From assembly GCF_009914755.1 (NCBI RefSeq), contig NC_060936.1: DNA of 64,000 bases, one strand, 5' to 3'. The notes beneath the pieces are model-generated. The model was given only the letters and a program-made list of their open reading frames with translations. It was not told where the DNA came from and searched no databases. Shown here one piece after another: positions 1 to 15,753 of the stretch (position 1 is the first letter of the stretch; each line of letters opens with the position of its first letter). This DNA is from the human T2T-CHM13v2.0 reference genome, Homo sapiens. Both the position numbers and the translations under genes were made by a program.

Positions 1-401
1 TCATGATTTTATCATAAATTTCTCCCTGTCCAGCTTTCTATTAGACTCTGGCTTAATGCCAAGTTAAACCAATTGCTGTTTCTGTTTCTCTTCTCTCCCA
101 TCTTTTCTTTTTTCCCATTCCCCAAATTCATGGTTTAACTCAGTGGTCAATAAATTGAGAATTTCCAGTGATACACAGGCCAATTTCTAGATGTTCAACT
201 TTGTTTTCTTTCCTAAAGTTACTTTGCCTGAGATATTCCTGAACTCAATCTAGCCTCTTACTTTACTAAACCAAGACATATGCTTTTGTTGATCTCCGAT
301 CTAGCTATGGCACATTTCTCCTGTGTGTAAAAACCTTTGGACACAAAGAGAAAGGGTCGTGTAATTAAACAAGGAATCATAGAGATTGAGTGCTTCCCCA
401 C

Positions 402-755
402 TGTATTAGTCTGTTTTCATGCTGCTGATAAAGACATACCCGAGACTGGGTAATTTATACAGGAAGAAGGGTTTAATGGACTTACAGTTCGATGTGGCTG
501 GGAAAGTCTCACAATCATGGTGGAAGGCAAGGAGGAGCAAGTCATGTCTTACATGGATGGCAGCAGGCAAAAAAGAGTTTGTGAAGGGAAACTCACTCTG
601 ATAAGACCATCAGAGCTCATAAGACTTATTCACTATCACAAGAACAGCAGGAGAAAGACCTGCCCCCATGATTCAGTTACCTCCCACCAGGTCCCTCCCA
701 CAACACATGGGAATTCAAGATGAGATTTGGGTGGGAAGACAGCCAAACTATATCA
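402..755 (-). mobile_element. THE1B-like solo LTR (ERVL-MaLR)
   Basis: Begins TGTATTAGT, ends AACTATATCA (reverse complement of THE1 termini); 354 bp; perfect 5-bp TSD CCCAC at 397-401 and 756-760. Confidence 0.93.
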
Positions 756-2644
756 CCCACTTTCCCTTCCTTGTGCATACTACCTTTTAAAAGTGAAGCA
801 TAATTTTATAATTTGGATATTTTGATCTTTTGAGATATTTGGAATTCAGATATATGGCAGTGTAGGGCCTTGGATGTCATGACAATTATTTTTTCAATAA
901 TTTTGCCTCCTCATACATTCATATCCACCCCCACCATTAGAAAACATTTCTTTTTCCTGGAAGGAAGAATTCCCTAAGACCCAAAATTACAGACTGTTAA
1001 AAGCAGCATTTTCAAGTAGGTAAATGTAAGCAATTATTCTCAGCTATTGTAATCCCTCACCTCTGGGATGTGTGATTGCCTGGAAATAAAAGCAGCTACA
1101 AAATGCCAAAGTGGAATAGATTATTGATGCTTATTCTTTTTAACTAAAATGTTTTCTGGGGCTATAAAACATTGTCAAGCTACAGGACCTTGGACAAATC
1201 ACAAAGATAAAACTTGTATGCTATGTCTTCCAGATTTAATATGGATTATTTTGAGAAATACAAACTGATTTTTATTAAATTGTATCATAGAATCTTTGTT
1301 CCAATAACAAAGTTTATTTTATTGTCTTCTATAAAATGTTTAATGCTTTATGCTTTCTTTAACAAAAATATTATAGCTGTACTAAATTTTCTAGCAAGTT
1401 ATACTCTGAATAAATATAGGAAAGTACATAATAATGTATGATTGATTATTTGTATTGATAGTTTTTGTTAACCTTTGTGTTTCTTATTTTATCATTTCCA
1501 AAAGCTGAACTTCAGGGTTTTGGGGACTATATGAATTTGCAAACAAATATACATGTAGTCCAAAGAAATTCCTTACCTCATAAATAACTTTTAATATTAG
1601 TATTATATTGAGATATTATAAAATAATAAACAGCATATTTATAACTTATTTTTAATTATAAAAATGAATAAATGAATTAGACTGTAACATTTTGCTTTTC
1701 ATGAAATGACTTTTAGTAATCTTATCTAGCTAAATGCTGGTTATCTCAGCATTTTAAAAAAAATTTAAGTTAGAATTGAAAAATGAAGTTAGACTTTTTT
1801 AAACATAAATTAAGATTTTACTGATTTATTTGACAACATGGACTGGTTTTGCCAACTAGCTTATATAGTAAATATTAAACATGAGCTAAATCTGTAGGGG
1901 AAAGTCTTTAATTAAAATGTATTTATCATATTACAAATATCATTTTATAAATACTTGCAAGTTTGTAATTAATAATGTTTTGATTTTTTCAACTGTTTCA
2001 GGTATTTGGGTTAAAGTACCACTAAGTGAAAATTAATAGGTAGAAGTAATAATTACTTGCTAAGTCTTGGTAAAGCCTTTTTAGGTTTACTTCCAAGGAA
2101 TGGAGAAGTGAATGACCCTGAACACTGGGTCACAATTCTTTGGCTGATAGGGTTATTTCCAATTCTTTGCTTTTAACAAAATTGAAAGTGGATTTAATGG
2201 AAGAGGATGGGTCCTTAAAGAGTAATTTTTGATTACAGATCACTGTGTGGTTTTTGGCACATATATCAAAATGTGCTAAAAGATTGAAAGGCATCTGTGT
2301 AACAAAATGCATCTCATTTTCACCTACTTGTTTATATAAACATGATTTATCATTCTTTACATATATTAAAACAAGAATAGGACTGATGCTGGCAGCCATA
2401 TAATTCTAGGCTAAGCCGCCTTTATCCAAAGATAAAAACTAGTAAAACGTCCCTCATACTACCTTAGGAGGCTAATTTCCAATGCAATTTTGTGGTATTT
2501 TAATGTTTACAATTTTAAAAATTTGTTATATTCTGATCAGTTGTAAAATAATAGTAACACCTTATGGCAGAAGAAAAATATTATATTTGGGTAAAATTTC
2601 ATTGGGGAAGTGGAATAAAGATAGAAGTAAACTTTTTAATTTTA

Positions 2645-4585
2645 CCTTTGTTTCCAATTTTATTTAGATTCAGGGAGAATTTGTGCCGGTTTCTTACATG
2701 AATATGTTGTGTGATGCTGAGGTTTGGGCTTCTATTCCTCACACCACCCAGATAGTGAACAAGGTGTCAACAGGAAGTTTTTCAGCCTATTCCCCTTCTT
2801 TTGTCCCGCTCTCCTTTTGGAGTCCCTGCTGTTTATTGTGTCAGTCTTGTATTAGGCTGTTCTCACGCTGCTAATAAAGACACACCTGAGACTGCGTAAT
2901 CTATAAAGGAAAGAGATTTAATTGACACAGTTCCACATGGCTGGGGAGGCCTTACAATCATGGCGGAAGGCAAAGGAGAAGCAAAGGCAATGTCTTGTCT
3001 TACATGGGGGCAGGCAAGAGGGAACTTGTTCAGGGTAACTCCCATTTATAAGACCCTCAGATCTCATGAGACTTACTCACTACCACAAGAACAGGATAGG
3101 GCAAACTGCCACCATGATACAATTATCTCTATCAGGCCTGTCCTTGACACATGAGGATTATTACAATTCAAGGTGAGATTTGGGTGGGGACACAGTCACA
3201 CCATATCACGTCTTTATGTCTGTGTGTATGTAGGATTTAGCTCTCAGGTATAAATGAGAAAATGCAATATTTGGTGTTCTGTTTCTGCATTAATTTGCTT
3301 GGGATGATAGTCTCCAGTTGCATCCCTGCTGTAAATAAAAAATAATAATTTTTTTTGTGTGTGGCTGTGCAGTATTTCGTGGTGTATAGTCACCACACAC
3401 ATTTTATCCAATCCACCATTGATGGGCACCTAGGTTGACTCTATGTCTTTGCTATTATGAATAGTGCTGTAATGAACATATGAGTGCATGTGTCTTTTAG
3501 GAAAGACAATTTACTTTTCTGTGGGTATATACCTAGTAAGGAGATTGCTGGGTTGAATAGTATCTCTGTTTTTAGTTCTTTTTGACATCTCCCAAATGCT
3601 TTTGACAGTGGCTGAACTAATTTACATGCCTACCACCAATGCATAAATATTCCCTTTTCTCCACAGCCTTTCCAGCATCTACTTTTATTTTTTTTTACTT
3701 TTTAATAATATCCCTTCTGACTGATATGAGATGGTATCTCATTGTAGTTTTGATTTGTATTTCTACAATCAGTGATGTTGAGCTAAAATAATTTTTCAGG
3801 TTTGTTGGCTGCTTGTATGTCTTGAAGTATCTGTTCATGTCCTTTGCCTACTTTTTAATGGAGTTGTTTGTTTTTTGCTTGTTGGATTAATTTCCTTAAA
3901 GTTTCTGAATATCAGACCTTTGTCAACTGCATAGTTTGTGAATATTTTCTCCTATTCTATGGGTTGTGTGTACTCTGTTAATGGATTCTTTTGCTGTGCA
4001 CAAGCTCTTTAGTTTCACTAGGTCCCATTTGTCAAATTTTATTTTTGTTGGAATTGCTTTTGAGGCCTTAGTCATAAATTCTTTTTCAATGCTGATGTGC
4101 AGAAGGTTATTTCCTAGGTTTTCTTGTAGGATTTTTATAGTTTGAGGACTTACATTTACACCTTTAATCCATCTTGAGTTAATTTTTGTATATGGTAATA
4201 GGTAGGAATCCGGTTTCATTATCCTGCATGTGGCTGGCCAGTTATCCCAGTACCATTTATTGAATAGACAGTCCCTTCCCCAATGCTTATTTTTGGTGAC
4301 TTTTTTGAAGATCAGATGGCTGCAGGTGTGTGGCTTTATTTCTGTGTTGTGTATTCTGTTCCATGGGTCTATGTCTCTGTTTTTGCACCTGTACCATGTT
4401 GGTTTGGTTATTGAAGCCTTGTAATATAGTTTGAAGTCAAGTAATGTGATGCTTCCAGCTTGTCCTTTTTGCTTAGGATTGCTTTGGCTGTTTGGGCTGG
4501 TTTTGGGTTCCATAAGAATTTTAGAATTATTTTTAATTCTATGAGAAATGATGTTGATAGTTTAATAGATATCGCATTGAATCTA
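2645..4585 (-). mobile_element. Old primate L1 (L1PA13-16-like) 3'UTR and ORF2 C-terminal part, interrupted by a THE1C LTR
   Basis: 3'UTR signature 'gtgatgctgaggtttggg...gatagtgaac'; ORF 3923..4513(-) is ORF2-like ([20 protein letters not shown]). Confidence 0.88.
2848..3208 (-). mobile_element. THE1C-like solo LTR inserted in the L1 3'UTR
   Basis: TGTATTAG...CCATATCA termini, 'ggattattacaattcaaggtgagatttggg' motif; near-TSD AGTCT/CGTCT; L1 resumes at 3209. Confidence 0.9.
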
Positions 4586-5465
4586 CGGGGGGTGCCCAAC
4601 TTCCATGCTGGCACACAGACCCATGCCACACTCCTCTCTGGGTTCTGAGATTACTCCTCCCTTACTTGAGCTCAGACTACAGATAGCTCCATAACCCTGG
4701 GTGATGTGTTCAAATCTCAGGGAGTTGCATCTTGGCCAAAATATTTGTCCTCTGGCCCCTGGAAGTCCACCACCAGCTGTGCTGGGGGATGCTTAACTGC
4801 TCCCAGGCTGCCAGCAAAACACTCAGACGGTCAGCAGTGGAGGCCGTGCTGTGGGTACCCTTCTGCAGGAGCAACCAGGCAGGCAATCTTGGGAGGTGCC
4901 AGCAGGCAAGGGGCTGCATGGCTCAAGTGTGCCCCAGTTCTGCAAGAATGGCCTGGTGACAATGGCAGCCCTGCCCTCTCCTGGCCTGGCAAACTGCAGT
5001 CCTTCAGTGCAAGATAGATCACCTTGGGGGACAGGCTCCTGTGGTCGCATTTTGCTGCAGCTATATTGCATGGCAGAACTTTCCAAGGTCCTCATGGGTT
5101 TGAGCTGTGCTTCTCCCTGATCTCTGGGAGGCGGCTTCTGCCATTTCAAAGATCTATGGGGGTCATGGGAGCTCCTGTAGCTAGGATCCCAGAGGTCTAT
5201 GGTGAGAATGTAGTACCCTGGAATTCCTTAACCCCTTCTTTAGGTCCAGCTCAGGACTGGGGACAGTCCTGGTGCCCAGGGACTCAGAGTAGGCTACCCA
5301 GCTTCCGCCCTCTTCATCTATGGTGTCTGTGTCTCCTTTCTATCAACTTTCAATGTTTTCTCTCAAAAGACCTGTTCAAAGTGTGATTGTTTACTCTATA
5401 TTTTGGTTCCACTTGGTGGAAGAGGCATCTCCTGGCTGCATCTAGCTGGCCATCTTACCTGGTTC
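4586..5465 (-). mobile_element. L1 5'UTR (old primate, L1P4/L1PA15-16-like) abutting the ORF2 segment
   Basis: GC-rich; minus strand begins ...AAGATGGCCAGCTAGATGCAGCCAGG (YY1-type L1 start) followed by GAGTAAACAATCACACTTTGAA. Confidence 0.75.
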
Positions 5466-7223
5466 TTGGTAGTGCTTTTTAAAGCCAGAAATGGAAAGAA
5501 AACTTAAATTTCCAAATACTATAAAATTTATTATTTAAAATATGTTGATGGTTTTAAATTATTTGTATTTATTGGATTCATTTCTATATTGAATACATTT
5601 GGAGCATGATTTTACACTTATACTGCCATGTGTGCTATACGGTCAATTGCATCATTTGCAACTACTTACATTTATGAGGAAAATCTTACATACCAAATTA
5701 AAAATGTGGCAGGATTATAACGTTTTTCAAAATTCTTTTTCAATGTAGAACAGCAGATAGAAAGACAACTGTTAGATATCTCAATGCATAGTATGCTTGC
5801 TTCTCAGAAATACTAGCATGTAACTTGCTAATAAAACTTCTGGCTTATTGTGTTAGAAAGTTTAGTACATTGATAGCATCTTAGGCAAAGAGGCAGAGAC
5901 AGGGTGTACATGAGATCTTGTGGCTATAGTTTAAGGCAAGTATTTCAATGTGGGGGCTTGATTTGAAATGGGTGCAGTTCATCATATAGCAATTTGGTAT
6001 TCGTAGACAAAGCAAGACTTTGGTTTTGAGACTGGGGTTTCAAAGTAAGTCTTGCAGAAAAAAGACAGTCATTTGATGTTATTTACTATGAGGTGAGTCT
6101 TCCAATGGTGTCTTAAGTGTGTTTTCAGGAAGTTTCTGAAATAATTAAGGATGTTTGCAAGCTGTATCCTTCTGAGCAATGGTTTTTTGAATTGAAGTAA
6201 TGTTAATGAAACAGTCAAGTGTGTGAATGTAGATGGTTTGGTTTCCAGTTGTTTGTGCTTCATTTAATTGGCAAAATTCAATAAACCTAATTCTTCTTCC
6301 TTTTCTTCTCATTATCATAGTTATTTGATGCTCTATATCTGCACCTTTTGGAACTGCTATTTGATATATGTCCCTTTTAAATAGACATATTTGATATATT
6401 TTTACTTTTAATCTTTATCTCGTTTTTGTTAGAATATTCTAGAATAATCTTAGCTTATTTTTCTAGTGCAGCAGTTACATTTTCTACAAAATTCATTGTT
6501 ATTCATCTAACTTACTGAGCTTTAAATTTTAGTAATGTTTTTAGATATGTAATTTGAAAAATAACATCCCTCATTTGTTGATATAATATTCCTTCAAAAA
6601 TTTGCTCATGATACCAACTATTTTTTTATTTGAAGTTATTTTGTGTTCTATTTTTATCTGAATTGCAGTTTAGTATCTTTTTAATTTTTAACTGCCTTCA
6701 GTATTTGGTAATTCTGTTTAATTTTAAATGAGATTCTAGACAAAACTTGCCTAGGTAGTTGGAATATATTTCTTCAGCATGTGTAAAATTTCAGTTGCTT
6801 TGGCAGTGAGCACAGATTTGATTACATGCTCCTAACCTCCAGTTTATTGTTGAGGGCAGTGATGCATGAATATGTAGCCAGGTGAGATTTACTCAAGGGT
6901 GGAAGTCACTGTGCTCCCATTTCACGTGGAGATTACCAGGCAGACTGCTCAACTTGTCTCTTCCTCACTCTGGGAGTCTCAACACTGGGTATATTGCAGT
7001 CAGCCCAACTAAGATATCAATCTTGGTTCAGCTGTTTTATAATCCTTTAAGAATCTCACTGAGAAATCCATAACCACCTGCTTTTCCAACTCCCTGAGAT
7101 CTCAGATCCTGGATTATTATAGAATTCCACTGGGTATAGTTACTTTCACAAAGACTCCCAGTTTTTCCTTGACTACATGATGGCATATAAAGCTAGATTC
7201 ACAGAATTTGTAAAGGATGCTGC

Positions 7224-10048
7224 TGTCCCCATTATGAATTGCTGTGTAACAGCTATCCCTAAATGTAGTGGCTTAAAATAACAAACGTTCTATTGTCTTA
7301 TAACTCTATGGGTCATGCATTTATGTGGAGTTCTTAGCAATTCTGATCCTTATGACAAAGACTAGAGCAACTGGTGGTATTTCACATACAATGGGCCCAG
7401 CCTGGAGGGTTCAAGTTAGGTTCACTCACATGCTTGGTGTTGGCAGGCCCAATTGTAAAGATGTACTCAGCTGGGTCCCTCTCTTTCTGCATGTGTTTTT
7501 AGGGTTTCTGCATGTGTTCTGCCCTGTAAGTTGGTTTAACTTCTTATGTGAGGCTGTTTTCTGCTAGAGTGAGCATTCTAAGAAACCAAGGTGATATGGT
7601 ATGGCTGTGTCCCCACCCAAATCTCATCTGGAATTCCCACATGTTGTGACAGGAACTGGTGTGAAGTAATTGAATCATGGGGGCATGTCTTTCTCTTGCT
7701 GTTCTCATGATACCGAATAAGTGTCACATGGTTTTGAGACATGGGAGTCTCCCTGCACAAGCTCTCTTTGCCTGCTGCCATCTATGTAAGACATGACTGG
7801 TTGCTCCTTGCCTTCTGCTGTGATTGTGAGGTTTCTCCAGCCGCATGGAACCGTAAGTCCAATTAAACCTCTTTCTTTTATAAGTTGCCTAGTCTTCAGT
7901 ATGTCTTTATCAGCAGCATAAAAATGGACTAAAACAGTAAATTGGTACCAGTGGAATGGGGTGTTGCTGAAAAGATACCCAAAAATGTGGAAGCAACTTT
8001 GCAACTGGATAACAGGCAGAGGTTGAAACAGATTTTAGGGCTCAGAAGAAGACACAAAAATGTGGGAAAATTTGGAACTTCTTAGAGACTTGTTGAATGG
8101 CTTTGACAAAAATGCTGATAATGATATGAACAATAAGGTCCAGGCTCGGGTGGTCTCAGATGGAGATGAGGAACTTGTTAGGAACTGGAGCAAAGGTGTG
8201 TCTTGTTATGTTTTAGCAAAGACACTGGTGGCATTTTGCTTCTGCCCTAGAGATTTGTGGAACTTTAAACTTGAGAGAGTTGATTTAGGGTATCTGGCAG
8301 AAGACATTTCTAAGCAGCAAAGTGTTCAAGAGGTGACTTGGATGCTATTAAAAGCATTCAGTTTTAAAAGGGAAACAGCATAAAAGTTCAGAAGATTTTT
8401 ATTCTGACAATACAGTAGAAAAGAAAAACCCATTTTCTGAGGAGAAATCCAAGCTGGCTGCAGAAATTTGCATAAGTAATGAGCCAAATGTTAATCCCCA
8501 AAACCATGGGGAAAGTGTCTCCAGGGCATGTCAGAGGTCTTCATGGCAGCCTTTCCCATCACAGGCCCAGAAGCCTAGGAGGAAAAAGTGGTTTAGTGGG
8601 TTGGGTCCAGGGTTCCCATGCTGTTTGAAGCCTAGGGATTTGGTGCCCTGGGTCCCAGCTGCTCCAGCCATGGCTGAAAAAGGACCAATGTAGAGCTTGG
8701 GCCATGGCTTCATTTGGTGCAATCTCCAAGCCTTGGCAGCTTCCATGTGGTATTGAGCCTGCAAGTGCACAGAAGTCAAGAATTGAGGTTTGAGAACCTT
8801 CGTCTAGATTTCAGAAGATGTATGGAAATGCCTGGATGCCTAGGCAGAAATTTGCTGTAGTGGTGGGGCCCTCATGGAGAACCTGTGCTAGGGGAGTGTG
8901 AAAGGGAAATATGGGGCTGAAACCCCCACACAGAGTCCCTACTGGGACACCACCTAGTGGAGCTGTGAGAAGAGGGCAACTATCCTCCAGACCCCAGAAT
9001 GATAGATCCACCAACAGCTTGCACTGTGACCCTAGAAAAGCTGCAGACACTCACTGCCAGCTCATGAAAGCAGGTGGGAGTGGGGCTATACCCTGAAAAG
9101 TCACAGGGGCAGAGCTGCCCAAGGCTGTGGGAGCCCACCTCTTGCATCAGCGTAACCTGGATGTGAGACATGGAGTCAAATAAGATCATTTTGGAGTTTT
9201 AAGACTTGACTGCCCTGCTGAATTTCAGACGTGCATGGGGCCTGTAAACCCTAAGTTTTGGCCAATTTTCTCCCATTTGGAATGGCTGTATTTACCCAAT
9301 TCTGTACCCCCATTGTATCTAGGAAGTAACTAATTTGCTTTTGATTTTATAGGCTAATAGGTGGAAGGGACTTGCCTTGTCTCAGATGAGACTTTGGACT
9401 GTGGACTTTTGAATTAATGCTGAAATGAGTTAAGACTTTGGGGGACTGCGAGGAAAGCATAATTGGTTTTGAAATGTGAGGACATGAGATTCAGAAGTGG
9501 CCAGTTGCAGAATAATGTAGTTTGGCTGTGTCCCCACCCAAATCTCATCTCGAATTTCCACGTGTTGTGGGAGGGACCTCATGGGAGGTAATTGATTCAT
9601 GGGACAGGTCTTTCTCATGCTGCGCTAGTGAAACCAAATAAGTCTCACAAGGTCTGATGGTTTTGAAAAGTGGGAGTCTTCCTGCACAGGCTCTCTTTGC
9701 CTGCTACCAATCATGTTAGACGTGACTTTCTCCTTGCCTTGCACAATGATTGTGAGGCTTCCCCAGCCACATGGAACTGTAAGTCCAATTAAACTTCTTT
9801 CTTTAGTAAATTTCCCAGTCTCAGGTTTGTCTTTATTGGCAGTTTGAAAATGGACTAATACAAAAGGAAGAAGCTACAAGTATTTTTCTGTCCTAATCTC
9901 ATATATCACCGTATTGTCATATTCACCACATTCTATTGGTTAGAAGCAATTCACTAAGGCCCTGCAACTTTCAAGGAAAAGAGAATTTAAATTCACCTCC
10001 CAATGGAATGAGTGTCAAAATATGTGTGGTTAGTTTTAATCTGTCACA
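7224..10048 (-). mobile_element. MLT1 (G/H-like) LTR split by the THE1B provirus (pieces ~7224-7591 and 9863-10048)
   Basis: 'gctgtgtaac...agtggcttaaaataacaa' start and 'cattctattggttagaagca...aatctgtcaca' end typical of MLT1; halves meet at the THE1B TSD. Confidence 0.7.
7592..9862 (+). mobile_element. Full THE1B provirus: 5'LTR 7592-7936, internal 7937-9512, 3'LTR 9513-9862
   Basis: Two homologous LTRs in direct orientation, leader 'gtaaattggtacca' after the 5'LTR, MaLR internal ORF remnant 8060..8383; near-TSD CAAGG/AAAGG. Confidence 0.95.
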
Positions 10049-10105
10049 GATTCTTTTACCGATAAAACTTCTAAGTTGGAATGCATAGTTGAGTGAACAA
10101 TTTTT

Positions 10106-12424
<2,319 letters not shown>

Positions 12425-12704
12425 GAGTGAATAATTTTTAAATTGATAATAGTGAAGTCATACACTTTCATTTAGTATTAGTGTTATAGACAGAAATCTT
12501 TCTAAGTTAAATGTAAGGAATTATGAAACGAGACTTGTATTATACTATTATACCCATAACACATGAAATACAATTAAATCCATGAAACATTAATATTAGA
12601 TTATATATTTCTGTCCTCTCTTTTGGTCTGTCCTCTCTGTTGGTAAGGTTTATAAATCAGAACCAGAAGACTCACCAAATAAAAATTTATAATATATTCT
12701 AACA

Positions 12705-13139
12705 CAGTAAAATGTGTAGAATTTTGTTCCACAATAAACACGTTCAAATTCTAACCCCCTAGATACTGTTAATGTGACCTTATTTAGAAATAGGATATTG
12801 GCAAGTGTAATCAAGTTAAGATGAGGTCTTACTGGATTATAATGGATGCTATTCCAATGATTGATGTCCTTATAAGAAGAAAATTTGGACACAGACACAG
12901 GGAAGAGGGCACAGAAAGACAAGCAGAATTGGATTGATGATGCTACAAGCCAAAGATAGTAGCAATCATTGGAAGCTAGGAAAGAGGCATGAAACGGATT
13001 CTCCTCTGGAAACTCAGAAAGAGCATGACCCAAGCGACACTTTGTTCTCAGACTTTTGTCCTCCAGAACTCTAAGAATAAAATTGTATTTTGATGCCCAG
13101 TTTGGTACTTTTTTATAGTAGCCTTAGGAAGCTAATAGA
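12705..13139 (+). mobile_element. MLT1B/C-like solo LTR
   Basis: 'aatgtgaccttatttagaaatagg', 'gaagctaggaaagaggcatg', 'cctccagaact', end 'ttaggaagctaata'. Confidence 0.8.
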
Positions 13140-13329
13140 AAGTATTACCTCATATTAAATCTAAAACTTGGAATAGTATAGACTGAGATTCTTTTATTAA
13201 AATGATTCTTTTAAGTGTATTGATAACTCATCTTTATTCCTGATAATGTAACATAAATTAAATCTGAATTGATGCCTTCTTAGATCCTTCAAATACCTCA
13301 GTTCTGCAATGATTGGAGAAAGGAGTCAA

Positions 13330-13450
13330 CATTTATTGAAACTCTACCCTACAACAGAGTGTGCTTGGTATTTTGTGCTTATTGTGTCTCAACCTTCACA
13401 GTAATCATATGATGTACACGTCATTTTCCATGATGATGTAGAAACTGCCC
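13330..13450 (-). mobile_element. MIR remnant
   Basis: 'acatttattgaa...aaccttcacagtaatc...gatgtagaaactg' resembles antisense MIR; highly diverged. Confidence 0.45.
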
Positions 13451-13724
13451 AAGCATAGTATCTTTTTCCCCTCAATTGTAAGTTTATCTGGGTTAAGTTC
13501 CATTCGTCATGTTTCTATAGTCAGTGTTTATAATATTATCTAGTACATAGTATTTAATACATGTTTAATGATAAAAATTTGATACTTGAATATTACAAAA
13601 TGGAAAAGGGTTTGCTTTCTAATTAGAAGTCGAATCAGGACAAAAATCTCCCCATATTGACTTGTTTTTGTATTAGTTTTTTTTGTAGGGGTTTATGACC
13701 CAAATAACTTGTTTTATTTATTAA

Positions 13725-13850
13725 TAATCTTTATTTTTTTAGAGCAGTTTTAGGTTCCCAGCAAAACTGGGTGGAAAGTAGAGAGTTCTCATTTACTCCC
13801 TGTTCCCCTCCCCACAAAACCTCCCCAACTATCAACATCCCATATCACGG
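13725..13850 (-). mobile_element. L1MB-like 3' end fragment
   Basis: 'tttagagcagttttaggttcccagcaaaactgggtggaaagtagagagttc' matches the L1MB 3' terminus. Confidence 0.7.
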
Positions 13851-14204
13851 TTGTGCCATGGAAAACTTCGTAGCCATTTGAGAAACTGTGGCACAGCTCG
13901 ATTTTGAATTGGGGTTCATCGGGCCCCTATATCCATGTTCAATCCACTACAGTACATCCTATTAGTATAAATATTAAGAGAAGCAGTAGGGAGAGGCAGA
14001 GGATTCTCTCATACGGGATCCAGTGATGGTGGACTTCTCAGATCTCACCTCCTGTTTCAAAAGGCACTTACCCCTTTATATGGGACTTACATGGGACTTT
14101 ACCTGTTCCCATGGAAAAGTTAATCACTCATTCTGAGACAACCTTGAATTTTGTATATATTTCTATTGATATACGTGCCACATTATAGTAAAATCATTTG
14201 TTTA

Positions 14205-14330
14205 TTGTTCAGTGATCTCCTTGAAGGGAGGAACCATGTCTTATTTTCCTTTTTATCCCCAGTGCATAGCACAATGTCTGGCACATTGAACGTATTCAAG
14301 GTATTTATTAACTTAAGTTTAATAAATATT
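14205..14330 (+). mobile_element. L2 3' end remnant
   Basis: 'ctccttgaagggaggaaccatgtctta...tatccccagtgcatagcacaatgtctggcaca'. Confidence 0.7.
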
Positions 14331-15374
14331 CTCTCTGTGTCAGACTTTGAATAAACTATTTAACGAATTTTAGCTTTAGTCCCTCAAAACAATCACAGAT
14401 AAATACTACTCAGTCTTATTTTAGAAGTGTGAAAACAGAAATGGAGAGAAGTTAATTGATTTGTACAAGGTACCATGTATAATTGAGCTGGTATATCCAA
14501 TAGTCACTATAAATACTGTATCTAGAGCCCAAGGTTTATTAATGTGTATGAAATGTTAAAAATAGTGTCTGAAATATGAACAAATTAAAATGAATGTTTA
14601 AATGATCACTAAATTTAACAGACTTCATACATATTATGTTTAGTCTTAATAAAAATTTCCTTATATTTAAACATTATTCGTAGATAGATTTCTGACTTCC
14701 TACAATGATTACAAAGAAATCATAGCCCATTTAAATTGAGTTATTCATTATCAATGGGATCAAAAACAAATTAAAAGTTTCAAAATTACAGCAAACATAG
14801 TTAATAGGGCATGCACTCAGTTTTATATGCATTTAATAGAATATAAAGGTGGAATGTGCTGAATTTAAGTGATCAGTGTCTAACAAGTATTATTAAAGTA
14901 TGGGATGAAACAAATGATAGAATTGTCTTTGACAATCTTACTATTCTACACTGCCTTCTGCCATGACTATGTTATTTGGCAACTAATCAGTATTTTGATA
15001 ATTAAATCAAAACTACTTGAAATTTATTAGCAAAAATAAATTTTTTTTTTCTTGTATAAGTATTTACTGAAAACATAAAAATTTGCCCACAGCTGTCCAG
15101 TTTATAATTAAGCATTTTGGCCTTTGAAGTATAAATATATAAAGCTCAATTATACCTCAAATATTGTAATGAGAGGATTATTTTACATTAATTTTTATTT
15201 CCTGTGTTTTTAACATCTAGCATTCTATTTAAGCTTCTACTTAATTATTAAATGTTTTGATTAAACCGTCTTTCCATAAATTGAGTCAGTTTGTTAAATA
15301 AATATAGCTTTCATCACTATTAACCTTTATTTGAATTGTCTAGTGATATTAATTGCATTATAATACTAATATTC

Positions 15375-15598
15375 GTTTTTATAGCTTTTTTGAGATATGT
15401 TTCATATGCTATAAAATTCACCCGTTTAAAGTGTAAAGCTTGGTAGTTTTTAATGTGTTCAGAGTTTTGCAACTATCACCACAATTGCAATTTGCTTAGT
15501 ATAATGGTCTCCAGCTCCATCCATGTTGCTGCAAAGGACATAATATCATTTGTTTTATGGATGTATAGTATTTCATGGTAGACATGTACCACACTTTC
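15375..15598 (-). mobile_element. Old L1 fragments (L1MB-like 3' terminus 15375-15486; L1PB/L1MA-like piece 15488-15598)
   Basis: 'ataaaattcacccgtttaaagtgta...gcaactatcaccacaat' followed by 'ctccatccatgttgctgcaaaggaca...gtaccacac'. Confidence 0.7.
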
Positions 15599-15753
15599 TC
15601 TTTTTTTTTGCTTTTAACTTTATAACTTTAATTAGAAAGTAGATTTAGTGGTTTTCAAAATGCTCTGTGTATTGCGCAGTGTTACAGAGATCCAGACAGT
15701 GATATGTCCATCCGAGATCTACACATAAGAAGACAGACATCTATTGAGTTTAA

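Noticed and set aside
2002-2039. AG...GT flanked 38-nt exon candidate
   Set aside because: Stops in all three frames and a weak donor.
4706-5386. Cluster of overlapping ORFs in GC-rich DNA resembling a gene or CpG island
   Set aside because: CpG-depleted L1 5'UTR; GC-rich DNA has few stop codons.
5750-6800. Possible ancient LTR and L1M/HAL1 relics
   Set aside because: Too diverged to assign by eye.
8060-8383. 107-aa ORF (and its homologue at 35333..35635)
   Set aside because: Decayed MaLR internal ORF; short and interrupted, with no sign of domestication.
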